The position numbers were made by a program, and so were the translations under genes. This document shows, piece by piece, positions 1 through 8,852 of a stretch of 32,000 nt of DNA. The notes beneath the pieces were generated by a model. That model worked only from the letters and a program-made list of their open reading frames with translations, was not told the DNA's origin and ran no database searches. Within the stretch, counting starts at the first letter, position 1, and every line of letters starts with the position of its first letter. Origin of the DNA: Aliivibrio fischeri ES114 (GTDB taxonomy: Bacteria; Pseudomonadota; Gammaproteobacteria; Enterobacterales; Vibrionaceae); the NCBI RefSeq assembly GCF_000011805.1, contig NC_006840.2; one strand, written 5' to 3'.

Positions 1-1242
1 TACTTCGTTTAAGCTGTGCTGCTGTAACAATGTGAGAGCTTCTTGGAACGCATCTTCCCAGTCACTGCTATTTTGTGATTCATCGAAATGACTTACTGGA
101 GCTGTAGTAGCATGAGTTGAAGTAGAACAGTGCTGTTGTATCCAAGCTTTTGTTGATTCACTAGCAAACTCAGTTCCATCATCGAATTTAAGATCGGTGA
201 TGCTTGGTGTTTTGTTGATTAATAGAGACAACTGATCAGTGATGCTTTGTGCTGCATCATGATGATTAAGTGCCGTTAGGCTTTCCCAAACCATGAAATG
301 GCCATCAATCCAAAATGGTGATTTAGAAAGGCTCTCTTCCATTTCTATAATCAATGCAGAGTGATTTAACTCAGCTTTTAATTGTTGGAAATATTGTGTT
401 CTAGCTTGAGGAACGGGCTTTAACATAGTTACATTATCATCATTACTTGCAGGTAATTGCGATATGGTTAGCCATGTTAGAGTTCGGTTTAATTGAAAAA
501 CTTTTTCATCATTAAGTTTTTGAGATAACCAGTATTTTGAGAGCGTTCTCGCTACATCTTGTAAGTGACGAAATGCTTTATTTGCATCTCTATCGTTTGT
601 GATGTCATCTTGAGAAAATGAGATAGTTGATGTTGTTGATGGAGCTTGTATTGGTGTTGATGGTAGCGATTGTGTTGCTATTACCTCATTATTTTCGGTT
701 TCTGATTTTAAACGTTTTTTAAGTTTTTTGATTAATGAAATAACAGAAGATAAATTATCTGTATTACTTTGGAAAATAGACTCAATTGAATCATCTAATA
801 CTGATAATTGTGTAATTAATATATCTGCATCATTTATATTGTCTATATTATCGATAATAGATTTTGTGGTATCTGTAATTATATTAATGATTTGATTAAT
901 AGAGGAATATAGACTTCTTTTTCTTCTTGGGTAAATATCGTCTTTGAATTTAATGATGAAATCATTAATAACACGGATTAACTCATTATTATCAATAGCA
1001 AGATTTCTCTTAGTTATAGATAAGCACAACCAGTAAAGTAATCTATAATCCTTACTAGTTTCATTTAGTAAATTCAATGAGTTATCATGCACGGTAGACC
1101 AGTCCGTCTTGCTTGTAGCAAACAGATTCGTTGATTTTTTTATTTCTTCTTCAATTAATTCAAACTCAGGCTCATAAGTTAAATCTGTGCCTAAGCGATC
1201 CTTATCTGATATATCAGAAAGGATTGAGTCGTAAGAAAACAT
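1..1242 (-). CDS. tssA: Type VI secretion system TssA/ImpA-like protein (partial, C-terminus beyond left edge)
   Basis: Manual minus-strand translation from ATG at 1242 is open to the window edge: MFSYDSILSDISDKDRLGTDLTYEPEFELIEEEIKKSTNLFATSKTDWSTVHDNSLNLLNETSKDYRLLYWLCLSITKRNL... The N-terminus resembles the ImpA_N pattern (G-x-D-L-x-Y-x-x-E-F-x-x-x-x-x-E-I ... DW). Missing from the ORF track, probably because it has no stop inside the window. Confidence 0.75.
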   Translation of the reverse strand, partial: MFSYDSILSDISDKDRLGTDLTYEPEFELIEEEIKKSTNLFATSKTDWSTVHDNSLNLLNETSKDYRLLYWLCLSITKRNLAIDNNELIRVINDFIIKFKDDIYPRRKRSLYSSINQIINIITDTTKSIIDNIDNINDADILITQLSVLDDSIESIFQSNTDNLSSVISLIKKLKKRLKSETENNEVIATQSLPSTPIQAPSTTSTISFSQDDITNDRDANKAFRHLQDVARTLSKYWLSQKLNDEKVFQLNRTLTWLTISQLPASNDDNVTMLKPVPQARTQYFQQLKAELNHSALIIEMEESLSKSPFWIDGHFMVWESLTALNHHDAAQSITDQLSLLINKTPSITDLKFDDGTEFASESTKAWIQQHCSTSTHATTAPVSHFDESQNSSDWEDAFQEALTLLQQHSLNEV

Positions 1243-1464
1243 ATTTACCCTAGCTAAATGATGTTGTTCAAGTCAGATTGTATTGATTTAATTATTATTA
1301 AAATTATTTTTATATAGAAATAGTAAATGGAAGAATTTAATTAAGAAAGGGGAATAATTTGCGATGAAAATTAATTGAGAAATAGATCTAAATTTTATGA
1401 AACTAAATTAAGAGAACTATTTCTCATGATTTACAAATAAAGCAGGTGTCTTATTTGTGATACA

Positions 1465-1671
1465 TTATTTATTCTTGAAGTCGGAGAGCACAATCTCTAA
1501 TGCTTTGATTGCTGTTTCTTTGTCTACTTCGTTGCTTTCAAGAAGATAGATTAAATCTACTGCTAATTTGATTTCATCCGGTGCGTTATCTAGAGGGTTA
1601 GGAGTCTCTGTTTGAACTTCAACTTCGGTTTCGATTTGCGGTATTTGCTGATTATTTTGGGGGTTAGTCAT
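1465..1671 (-). CDS. ybaM: YbaM-family (DUF2496) small protein
   Basis: 68 aa; core NAPDEIKLAVDLIYLLESNEVDKETAIKALEIVLSDFKNK resembles E. coli YbaM; directly downstream of and overlapping priC, as in enterobacteria. Confidence 0.75.
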   Translation of the reverse strand: MTNPQNNQQIPQIETEVEVQTETPNPLDNAPDEIKLAVDLIYLLESNEVDKETAIKALEIVLSDFKNK

Positions 1672-2215
1672 GTTGTTCTCGATAAGTAATTTGTTGTTCT
1701 AATCGGATCATTGCTTCTTTACAGCGTTGTAAGCGTTTTTCTGTTGCTAGCAGTTTTTGTTGTAGATCTTGCTGCTGAGAGAATGAATGGCATTGATTAA
1801 TTGCCAGTTCTTGATCATTTACCATTTGTGCTAAACGGCGTTCCCACTCTTGGTGTTGAGCTAGGTCTTGATACATATCACTAATGGGTTTTTTATAGCT
1901 TCCCTTCGGACGAGGTTCGTTAGAGCGTATACGTTGAGTTGCTACTTCTCTTTGTATCGCTTCAATTTGAGCAACCAACATTTGCGTTAAATATTCCGCT
2001 CTTTGTGCAGTAAGAATATTTGCTTTTTCTTCTCGTTGAATCGATCCAAGCGTTGCTTTTGCTTCATTTATACAGGGCACAAGATAGCGGCTTCTGCATC
2101 CAAATAGACGTTCATCAAATAAAGGGAGTCGCTGTTCCCCTCGACGTCGGTCAATTTCAGCCGCCGTTTTACCTAGTTGTTCTAGCATGATTTCGATAGA
2201 GGTAAAATTAGTCAT
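1664..2215 (-). CDS. priC: Primosomal replication protein N'' (PriC)
   Basis: 183 aa; LFDERLFGCRSRYLVPCINEAKATLGSI...QREEKANILTAQRAEYLTQMLVAQIEAIQRE is PriC-like; ybaM neighbour. Confidence 0.8.
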   Translation of the reverse strand: MTNFTSIEIMLEQLGKTAAEIDRRRGEQRLPLFDERLFGCRSRYLVPCINEAKATLGSIQREEKANILTAQRAEYLTQMLVAQIEAIQREVATQRIRSNEPRPKGSYKKPISDMYQDLAQHQEWERRLAQMVNDQELAINQCHSFSQQQDLQQKLLATEKRLQRCKEAMIRLEQQITYREQHD

Positions 2216-2225
2216 AATTGTTCCG

Positions 2226-2996
2226 TTAGAACCAAGCGTCTAAAGCGAGTTTAACAGCCAAGATACAAACCACAGTTACAAACACTGGTCGAATAAACTT
2301 AGATCCAAAACGAATAGCTGAGTGTGCACCAATAAATGCGCCGACCATTAAGCAAACGCCCATAGTTAAACCTAGTGCCCAGTTAATATGGCCAAGAATT
2401 GCAAAGGTAACCAGTGAAGTAAAGTTACTGGTGAAATTCATAGCTTTTGCTAAGCCTGATGCTAATAAGATGTTTAGACGATACATCGCCATGCTGCTAA
2501 CCGTCCAAAACGCACCAGTTCCAGGTCCTGCTACACCATCATAAAATCCTAAAGATAAGCCTTGAATAATCTGCTGAGTCTTTAGTTTAGGTGTGATACC
2601 AGGTAATTGATTTTGATCTGCCTTTGGTTGTGGATGCCAAATAGTATAAATTGCAGCAGCTAAAATAATTAAAGGTAATCCTTTTTCAAGCCATTCCGTT
2701 GAAATATAGTTAACTAGCAAAGTACCGCATGTTGCGCCAAATAAAGTTGCGACAAAAGACGTTTTCCAAAAATGGGGGTCAAACAACTTCTTTTTAAAGT
2801 AGGTGAGTGCAGCCGTAGATGAAGCAAAACTTGCGGCTAACTTATTTGTACCTAAAGCTATGTGTGGGGGAAGCCCTATTGAGAGTAGAGCAGGAACGGT
2901 TAACATTCCTCCTCCGCCTGCAACAGCATCAATAAATCCAGCAATAAAGGCAACTAACCCTAGGATAATGAGGGTTGATGGTTCGAGAAATTCCAT
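2226..2996 (-). CDS. TSUP-family (TauE/SafE, YfcA-like) membrane permease
   Basis: 256 aa polytopic protein with GLVAFIAGFIDAVAGGGGMLTVPALLSIGLPPHIALGTNKLAASFAS, the TSUP signature. Confidence 0.88.
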   Translation of the reverse strand: MEFLEPSTLIILGLVAFIAGFIDAVAGGGGMLTVPALLSIGLPPHIALGTNKLAASFASSTAALTYFKKKLFDPHFWKTSFVATLFGATCGTLLVNYISTEWLEKGLPLIILAAAIYTIWHPQPKADQNQLPGITPKLKTQQIIQGLSLGFYDGVAGPGTGAFWTVSSMAMYRLNILLASGLAKAMNFTSNFTSLVTFAILGHINWALGLTMGVCLMVGAFIGAHSAIRFGSKFIRPVFVTVVCILAVKLALDAWF

Positions 2997-3064
2997 ATCA
3001 ATTCTTAATTATTAATAGCTATAGTAAGCTCGCATCTGCGAATGATTTAAGTAATAACGAGATA

Positions 3065-5161
3065 TTACTCTATTAGTCTTTTAAAAGGAGGTAAGGCGTC
3101 CAAAAGAGCTTTACCATAACGCTTAGTTATTACACGGCGATCAAGAAGCACAACTCTACCAGAATCCTCTTCTTTACGCAGTAGTCGACCTACAGATTGA
3201 ATTAATTTTTTGCTCGCTTCTGGAACACTGATCTGCATAAATGGATTACCACCTCGGCTCTCAATATATTCCGAATGCGCTTCTTCAACTGGAGAGGTTG
3301 GAACACCAAATGGAATCTTAGTTATAATTAGATTTGTAAGTAGGTTTCCAGGTAAATCTAATCCTTCAGAAAAACTTCCTGTTCCAAATAAGATGCTGAT
3401 TTTATTCTCCTCACAAAGTTTTTTATGTTTTTTTAGAATTTCTTGTCTTGATTCCTGTCCTTGAATAAGTAGGTTCCATCCATGTTTTTTAACAATCTTT
3501 TCTATACCTTCTGCAACTTTGTTCATTTGCCAGTAAGATGAGAATAAAACTAAGCTTGAAGATTGCTCTGCAAGATAAAAGGGTAGCTCTTCAATTAGTA
3601 AATCAGTAAACCCTGCGGCTGATGGTTCCATTGGAAGTTTAGGGATCACCAATTGAGCGTTTTCTTGGTAATTAAATGGTGAAGCCAAGGATAAGAAGCG
3701 TACACCATCCTCAGGCTTTTCTGATATACCTGCTTGTTTACAAAAAAATGAATAGCTATTTAATGCTCTCATTGTTGCTGAAACGACAACCGCCCCAGCT
3801 GCTCGACTCCATAAATTTTGGTCAAGTTGCCAACCTACCTCTAGAGGGGATACGTTAATGAAGGTATCTCCGTCTCTGTCTTGACTCTTTTCTAGCCATC
3901 TAGCGAGTGGTGCTCCTTTATCACTATTGGGTTTTGCCATTAAAAACCAAACTTGAGCTAAATTTTCTAATCTTTGTAAGTAAAAGCCTATTTCAGCTAA
4001 TGCTGGCTCTGCCATTCTCGGTGCTAATTCGCCATCTTTCATGCGTTCAGAGATTAAGTCACTAATTTTCGCTAGTGCTTGGTTGGCTTTAGTTGAGACT
4101 TCTTTTAATTCTTTGGATTGCTCTGCTAACCAGTTCGGTATTTCACCATGTTCAAAACGATAAACTCCATCATCATTGAATAATGTCGGGTCAAATTGCT
4201 TACTTAACTGATTAAGCGTAGGAATTAATTCCTGGATATGTTCATGAAGAGAGTTTTGAAATCGATTAACTCTTTTTTGATCTGCAAGATTACAGAATTT
4301 ACTAACCGATTTGTTTAATGACTCTAACCACGAGGCTGAACCTTTTAAACTTGCTGCAGCAGATGAGTGTTCTCGTGCCACATTTGGCAGATGGTGAGCT
4401 TCATCAAAAATATATATGGTTTGTTCTGGTTCAGACAAAACAACACCACCGCCTAAATCGATGTCAGCCATAACTAAACTGTGATTTGCAATAACCACAT
4501 CTGCTTTATCTAAGTGTTCACGTGCTTTTTGAAATGGGCATTCACGGTGCATGGGTAAGCCGTTATGACAGCTGTACTTGTCTGAAACAATGCTTTGCCA
4601 GATAGAAGAGGGAATTGTCGTTGGCCAGCTATCTATATCACCGTCCCATTTACCCTCAGCTAATGCTTTGTACATTCTCTTTAGTAAATCTAACTCTTTC
4701 TTTTTTGGTTTTTCAGTAAACAAAGCAACTTGCTTGTCGTCTTCATTGTTTGATTCTGTTAGTAGAGACAACTTATGACTACAACAATACCGCTGACGAC
4801 CTTTTGCAATAATAAAAGAAAAAGGCAATGGCGATATACGGCGATAGAAAGGTAAGTCTTTATGAGCAAGCTGTTCTTGAAGTGCAACAGTTGCAGTTGA
4901 GATAACCACTTTTTTGTTATTTAACTTCGCATACGGAATAGCACTTAGTAGATAAGCAAGAGATTTACCAATGCCTGTTCCTGCTTCTGCAACAATCATG
5001 CGATTAGAATCACTGTATTCACCTGCAAGTGATTTAGCGATTTCTGCTACTAAATAGTTCTGAGCACGGCGAGGTATAAAACCTGGAAGTTGATCTTGTA
5101 GTGTTTTGTAGCTTTGGCGAATGCTATCAGTAACCGATTTATTCAGCATGAGAAGGCTCAA
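3065..5161 (-). CDS. dinG: ATP-dependent DNA helicase DinG
   Basis: 698 aa; Walker A region EAGTGIGKSLAYLL, ISTATVALQEQL, DEAHH box, Cys residues typical of XPD-like Fe-S helicases, C-terminal QSVGRLLRKEEDSGRVVLLDRR. Confidence 0.88.
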   Translation of the reverse strand: MSLLMLNKSVTDSIRQSYKTLQDQLPGFIPRRAQNYLVAEIAKSLAGEYSDSNRMIVAEAGTGIGKSLAYLLSAIPYAKLNNKKVVISTATVALQEQLAHKDLPFYRRISPLPFSFIIAKGRQRYCCSHKLSLLTESNNEDDKQVALFTEKPKKKELDLLKRMYKALAEGKWDGDIDSWPTTIPSSIWQSIVSDKYSCHNGLPMHRECPFQKAREHLDKADVVIANHSLVMADIDLGGGVVLSEPEQTIYIFDEAHHLPNVAREHSSAAASLKGSASWLESLNKSVSKFCNLADQKRVNRFQNSLHEHIQELIPTLNQLSKQFDPTLFNDDGVYRFEHGEIPNWLAEQSKELKEVSTKANQALAKISDLISERMKDGELAPRMAEPALAEIGFYLQRLENLAQVWFLMAKPNSDKGAPLARWLEKSQDRDGDTFINVSPLEVGWQLDQNLWSRAAGAVVVSATMRALNSYSFFCKQAGISEKPEDGVRFLSLASPFNYQENAQLVIPKLPMEPSAAGFTDLLIEELPFYLAEQSSSLVLFSSYWQMNKVAEGIEKIVKKHGWNLLIQGQESRQEILKKHKKLCEENKISILFGTGSFSEGLDLPGNLLTNLIITKIPFGVPTSPVEEAHSEYIESRGGNPFMQISVPEASKKLIQSVGRLLRKEEDSGRVVLLDRRVITKRYGKALLDALPPFKRLIE

Positions 5162-5516
5162 TTAAATTTAAAAAACCATTGTACCACGCAAATTTGAGTG
5201 TGATCTTCTGCAAATAATGGAATTCAATGTTTTTAAATTGAGATGAATATCACGAAAGTGAGAATAAGACATCTTTGACTATGTGATGTTAAATTTTAGG
5301 TTTAATTAAAGTTCTTTAAGTTGGTAATTGTTAGTCGATTGTTCTGTTTTTGTTTGTTTTTAGTGTTTTAAAAAGTTTTAAATTCTTTTGTGCTTAGAAA
5401 TAAATATTTATAGTTTTTATGCTGTATGAGTTTATTTTGTATTTTTTACAATTCATTAACTGTTTAGGTTGTTGATTTTAATGGTTTTGTTGTTTTTTTA
5501 TTTAATTTTACAATGT

Positions 5517-5545
5517 TTGACATAGTTATTTAGTTTTTGCAAAGT
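5517..5545 (+). promoter_or_regulatory. Putative porin 1 promoter: TTGACA - 17 nt - CAAAGT
   Basis: TTGACA at 5517-5522 and CAAAGT at 5540-5545; same boxes and spacing occur upstream of porin 2. Confidence 0.5.
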
Positions 5546-5628
5546 AGCAACCGAATTCAGAAGTACTGATTAATCACACGATTAGATGTGTTGTCGGTAC
5601 TTAATAAATTACATAAAAACAGGGAACC

Positions 5629-5643
5629 GGAAATCGGATTTCC
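5629..5643 (+). repeat. Porin leader palindrome GGAAATC-G-GATTTCC (copy 1)
   Basis: Perfect 7-bp inverted repeat with 1-nt centre inside a conserved leader block shared with porin 2. Confidence 0.7.
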
Positions 5644-5672
5644 AATTTTCTAAGAAAAGGCAGTGGATTATT

Positions 5673-6692
5673 ATGAAAAAGACTCTTTTAGCTCTTGCAA
5701 TCGCAAGTATCTCGACTTCAGCTTTTGCTGTTGATACTAGTAGCCAAAATAGTAAGAATGATGAAATGTTTGCATTTGACCCTATGCATAAAGATCAGTT
5801 TTCTGTATCTGGTTCTGTAGGTGTAGGTGGTTACTATGACACAAAATCAAAAGCGCTGTATGATGATTGGGCTACAGGTTTGACTCTTGCTGTTAACTAT
5901 CGTAACAACCGTGTTGTTGGTTATTTTGAAACTGATTTTATGATGAATTACTCAACAGATCCTGACGAAAAAGCAGCGTCTTCTTCTGATAAACATTCTG
6001 GACCTGCGACTGATGTTGATAAAGCATGGTTAGGTTTTGATACTGGTTTTGGTATCGCATCTTTCGGTTGGGAAAACGACACAGCTCTTGATGCTGTAGA
6101 TGGTGCGGGTGATAACACATACGAATTTGGTGCTTCTGCGGGTGATGCATCTGATGGTTTCAATGTAGCTAAATTCCAAGGTTCAACAAGTGGTTTCGCT
6201 TACGGTGTATCTTACTTTGAAACTGATGATAATCGTTCGAAAGCTGATAAAGGTGTGAATGGTTACATTGGTATCGAGCAAGAAATCTTTAATGTTTATG
6301 CTGGTTATGAAACACGTGATAAAGCTGAGTATGACGTAATGACTGTAACGGGTAACGTTAAGCTTGGCGCTGTTAAACTTGGTGCAAACTTCTGGATTGA
6401 AGATGGTAATGCAAAAGATTTAACGGGTAAAAACCTAACAAACCAAGAAAACACTGGTTACTATTTATCTGCAGGATACGCTGTTACTGAAGACTTAACG
6501 TTAGCAGCTGGTTATGCGGCAAATACAAAAGAAGTATCAAAAGTTGAAACTGATTACTCTTACATGAACGTTGCGGCAATGTATACATTAGCTAAGAATA
6601 TGGATATGGGTATTGACGTACGCCAAGATCTTGATGCTGGTGCTGCTGACGAAGAAACTTATGTGTTTGCTGCAGGTTACTACTACTTCTAA
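5673..6692 (+). CDS. Gram-negative outer-membrane porin (copy 1)
   Basis: 339 aa from MKKTLLALAIASISTSAFA (signal peptide) to terminal aromatic ...YVFAAGYYYF. The ORF-track start at 5586 places 29 aa ahead of the signal peptide; ATG 5673 is preferred (AAGAAAAGG upstream). Confidence 0.9.
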   Translation: MKKTLLALAIASISTSAFAVDTSSQNSKNDEMFAFDPMHKDQFSVSGSVGVGGYYDTKSKALYDDWATGLTLAVNYRNNRVVGYFETDFMMNYSTDPDEKAASSSDKHSGPATDVDKAWLGFDTGFGIASFGWENDTALDAVDGAGDNTYEFGASAGDASDGFNVAKFQGSTSGFAYGVSYFETDDNRSKADKGVNGYIGIEQEIFNVYAGYETRDKAEYDVMTVTGNVKLGAVKLGANFWIEDGNAKDLTGKNLTNQENTGYYLSAGYAVTEDLTLAAGYAANTKEVSKVETDYSYMNVAAMYTLAKNMDMGIDVRQDLDAGAADEETYVFAAGYYYF

Positions 6693-6720
6693 TAGTATTA
6701 CATAAAGTCAAGTAATTATT

Positions 6721-6749
6721 AAGCCAGTCATATTTGACTGGCTTTTTTT
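6721..6749 (+). terminator. Rho-independent terminator after porin 1
   Basis: AAGCCAGTC-atattt-GACTGGCTT followed by a T-tract. Confidence 0.85.
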
Positions 6750-7176
6750 GTTTTTATTTGACTGATTTATTGTAGTAACGCTGTTTTGCTTCAACAGTTA
6801 AAAATGAGCTAATGGGAATAAAGTGTGTTATGGGTCACAATTAATTTTTTAGGCTTCTTCATTTTTTATTAGTTTATACTCTGTAAATATAAAAAAATTA
6901 CAATTAATTCGCCTGCCAAATCTAACTAGTTAAATATCAAATTCTATTTATTAATATTAAACGGAAACGCTCTCTCTTGTTGTTATTTTTATTTATTTTT
7001 ATCTTTTTGCGTTTTTTATTTCAATTACTTATGTTGCCTTGTTCTTTTTTTGTTCTTTTTGTTGTTTATCTAAATTTATGTTTTTTGGTGTGACCTGTAT
7101 CAAATCTTAAGATGTCTTTATGTAAGTTGCTGTATTGTGTGTGTTTATCATTTTTTACTTTCCTTGACTTTCTTCG

Positions 7177-7205
7177 TTGACATGGTGAGAAATCTTTAGC
7201 AAAGT
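7177..7205 (+). promoter_or_regulatory. Putative porin 2 promoter: TTGACA - 17 nt - CAAAGT
   Basis: TTGACA at 7177-7182 and CAAAGT at 7200-7205, matching the porin 1 arrangement. Confidence 0.5.
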
Positions 7206-7282
7206 ACTCTCCAGAAATCGAGATGCTAACAAGTTGCACATTAAGATGCTTCTGTAGCAATCCAGATATAAAAAAGGGAACC

Positions 7283-7297
7283 GGAAATCGGATTTCC
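7283..7297 (+). repeat. Porin leader palindrome GGAAATC-G-GATTTCC (copy 2)
   Basis: Identical to 5629-5643, in the same context (gggaaccggaaatcggatttccaa ... ctaagaaaaggcagtgga). Confidence 0.7.
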
Positions 7298-7329
7298 AAA
7301 TCTTTCTAAGAAAAGGCAGTGGACTTATT

Positions 7330-8388
7330 ATGAAAAAGACTCTTTTAGCGCTTGCTATCGCAAGTATCTCAGCTTCAGCATTTGCTGTTGATACAAGCAG
7401 CCAAAACAGCAAAAACGAAGACATGTTTGCATTTGACCCAATGCACAAAGATCAATTCTCTGTTTCTGGTTCTGTTGGTGTAGGTGGTTACTACGACACT
7501 GGCTCTAAAGCATTTTACGATGATTGGGCAACAGGTTTAACTCTAGCAGTTAACTACCGTAACAACCGCATTGTTGGTTACTTTGAAACTGATCTAATGT
7601 TGAACTACACAACAGATAACGCGACTTCACCAATCCTTAAAGATGGTTCAGAATTTGCTACTGATGTTGATAAAGCATGGTTAGGTTTTGACACTGGTTT
7701 CGGTATCGCATCTTTTGGTTGGGAAAATGACACCGCTCTTGATGCAGTTGATGGTGCTGGTGATAACACATACGAATTCGGTGCTTCTGCTGGTGATGCA
7801 TCTGACGCATTCAATGTAGTTAAGTTCCAAGGTTCTACAAGTGGCTTTGCATACGGCGTATCTTACTTTGAAACTGATGATACACATGTAGATGCTGAAA
7901 AAGGTGTGAATGGTTATGTTGGTATCGAACAAGAAATCTTCAATGTATATGCTGGTTACGAATTACGTGATGAAGCTACTCGTACTTTAAGAAAACTTCC
8001 AAACGGTGCTAAGATTGAAGCTGTTGATGCAGATTACCAAGTAATGACGGTTACAGGTAATGTTAAATTAGGTGAAGTAAAACTTGGTGCTAACTTCTGG
8101 ATTGAAGACACAAGTGGTAAAAACCTAGATAAAACAAATACTGGTTACTACCTATCAGCAGGTTACGCAGTAACTGAAGACCTAACTCTAGCAGCTGGTT
8201 ATGCAGCAAATACTGATGAAGTAACTGGCATGAAAGATTTAGATCAGTCTTACATGAACGTTGCAGCTATGTATACACTAGCTAAAAACATGGACATGGG
8301 TATTGATATTAAGCAAGAGCTTGATTCTGGCTACAATAATGTAGACGAAGAAACTTACGTATTCGCAGCAGGTTACTACTACTTCTAA
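7330..8388 (+). CDS. Gram-negative outer-membrane porin (copy 2, paralogue of copy 1)
   Basis: 352 aa; MKKTLLALAIASISASAFAVDTSSQNSKNEDMFAFDPMHKDQFSVSGSVGVGGYYDTGSK... to YVFAAGYYYF; closely similar to the 5673-6692 product. Confidence 0.9.
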   Translation: MKKTLLALAIASISASAFAVDTSSQNSKNEDMFAFDPMHKDQFSVSGSVGVGGYYDTGSKAFYDDWATGLTLAVNYRNNRIVGYFETDLMLNYTTDNATSPILKDGSEFATDVDKAWLGFDTGFGIASFGWENDTALDAVDGAGDNTYEFGASAGDASDAFNVVKFQGSTSGFAYGVSYFETDDTHVDAEKGVNGYVGIEQEIFNVYAGYELRDEATRTLRKLPNGAKIEAVDADYQVMTVTGNVKLGEVKLGANFWIEDTSGKNLDKTNTGYYLSAGYAVTEDLTLAAGYAANTDEVTGMKDLDQSYMNVAAMYTLAKNMDMGIDIKQELDSGYNNVDEETYVFAAGYYYF

Positions 8389-8417
8389 TCTCTTGATTTA
8401 AAGTAGAATAGATTATT

Positions 8418-8445
8418 AAGCCAGTCATTTGACTGGCTTTTTTTT
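8418..8445 (+). terminator. Rho-independent terminator after porin 2
   Basis: AAGCCAGTC-attt-GACTGGCTT plus T-tract; same stem as the porin 1 terminator. Confidence 0.88.
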
Positions 8446-8584
8446 GCCTGTAAAAAAGCTTGTGAAAAATGAAATATAATTTTCTTTAAAATAATTCATC
8501 TTTTTTGTTGAAATAAAACCACAGTTTGATAATGTGTTTACAAGGTTAAAAACAAATACAGTTTGTTACTAAAGGTTTATATTT

Positions 8585-8632
8585 ATGCGTATTCAAGGTC
8601 TGAACATTCATCACCACCATCATCCTGATTAG
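8585..8632 (+). CDS. hisL: his operon leader peptide (15 aa, five consecutive His codons)
   Basis: ATG CGT ATT CAA GGT CTG AAC ATT CAT CAC CAC CAT CAT CCT GAT TAG = MRIQGLNIHHHHHPD; followed by an attenuator and hisG. Confidence 0.93.
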   Translation: MRIQGLNIHHHHHPD

Positions 8633-8699
8633 TCTTTCGGGAGGATACGTATTATCCGGAAGGCAATTTGAATTTCCTTCCGATGAATAAAAATTCTAA

Positions 8700-8731
8700 C
8701 CCTCGGAAGGTCAAACTTCTGAGGGTTTTTT
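8700..8731 (+). terminator. his operon attenuator terminator
   Basis: CCCTCGGAAG-gtcaaa-CTTCTGAGGG followed by TTTTTT. Confidence 0.88.
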
Positions 8732-8852
8732 CGTTTTAGTAACAAATTAAAGTTAGATTATTTATTGATTTATAAGAGTTTAAAATTAGCCGATTGCATT
8801 GTTTGCTTAAAAAACGATTTAATTGGAATCACATTTTTACAAGGAAGAAATT

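Noticed and set aside
1433-1458. Hairpin ACAAATAA-agcaggtgtc-TTATTTGT just downstream of the ybaM-like stop
   Set aside because: AT-only 8-bp stem with no T-tract on the minus strand; too weak to call as a terminator or regulatory element.
5938-6163. Antisense ORFs 5938..6150 and 5948..6163 inside porin 1, with a similar ORF 7605..7814 in porin 2 (shared MxxSDASPAEAPNSYVLSPAPSTASRAVSFSQPKDA)
   Set aside because: The similarity is explained by the conserved coding sequence on the plus strand of two paralogous porins; no independent start signals or known family.
7155-7448. 97-aa minus-strand ORF overlapping the porin 2 promoter, leader and 5' end
   Set aside because: Overlaps well supported plus-strand features and its C-terminal portion is antisense to the porin; no recognisable domain.
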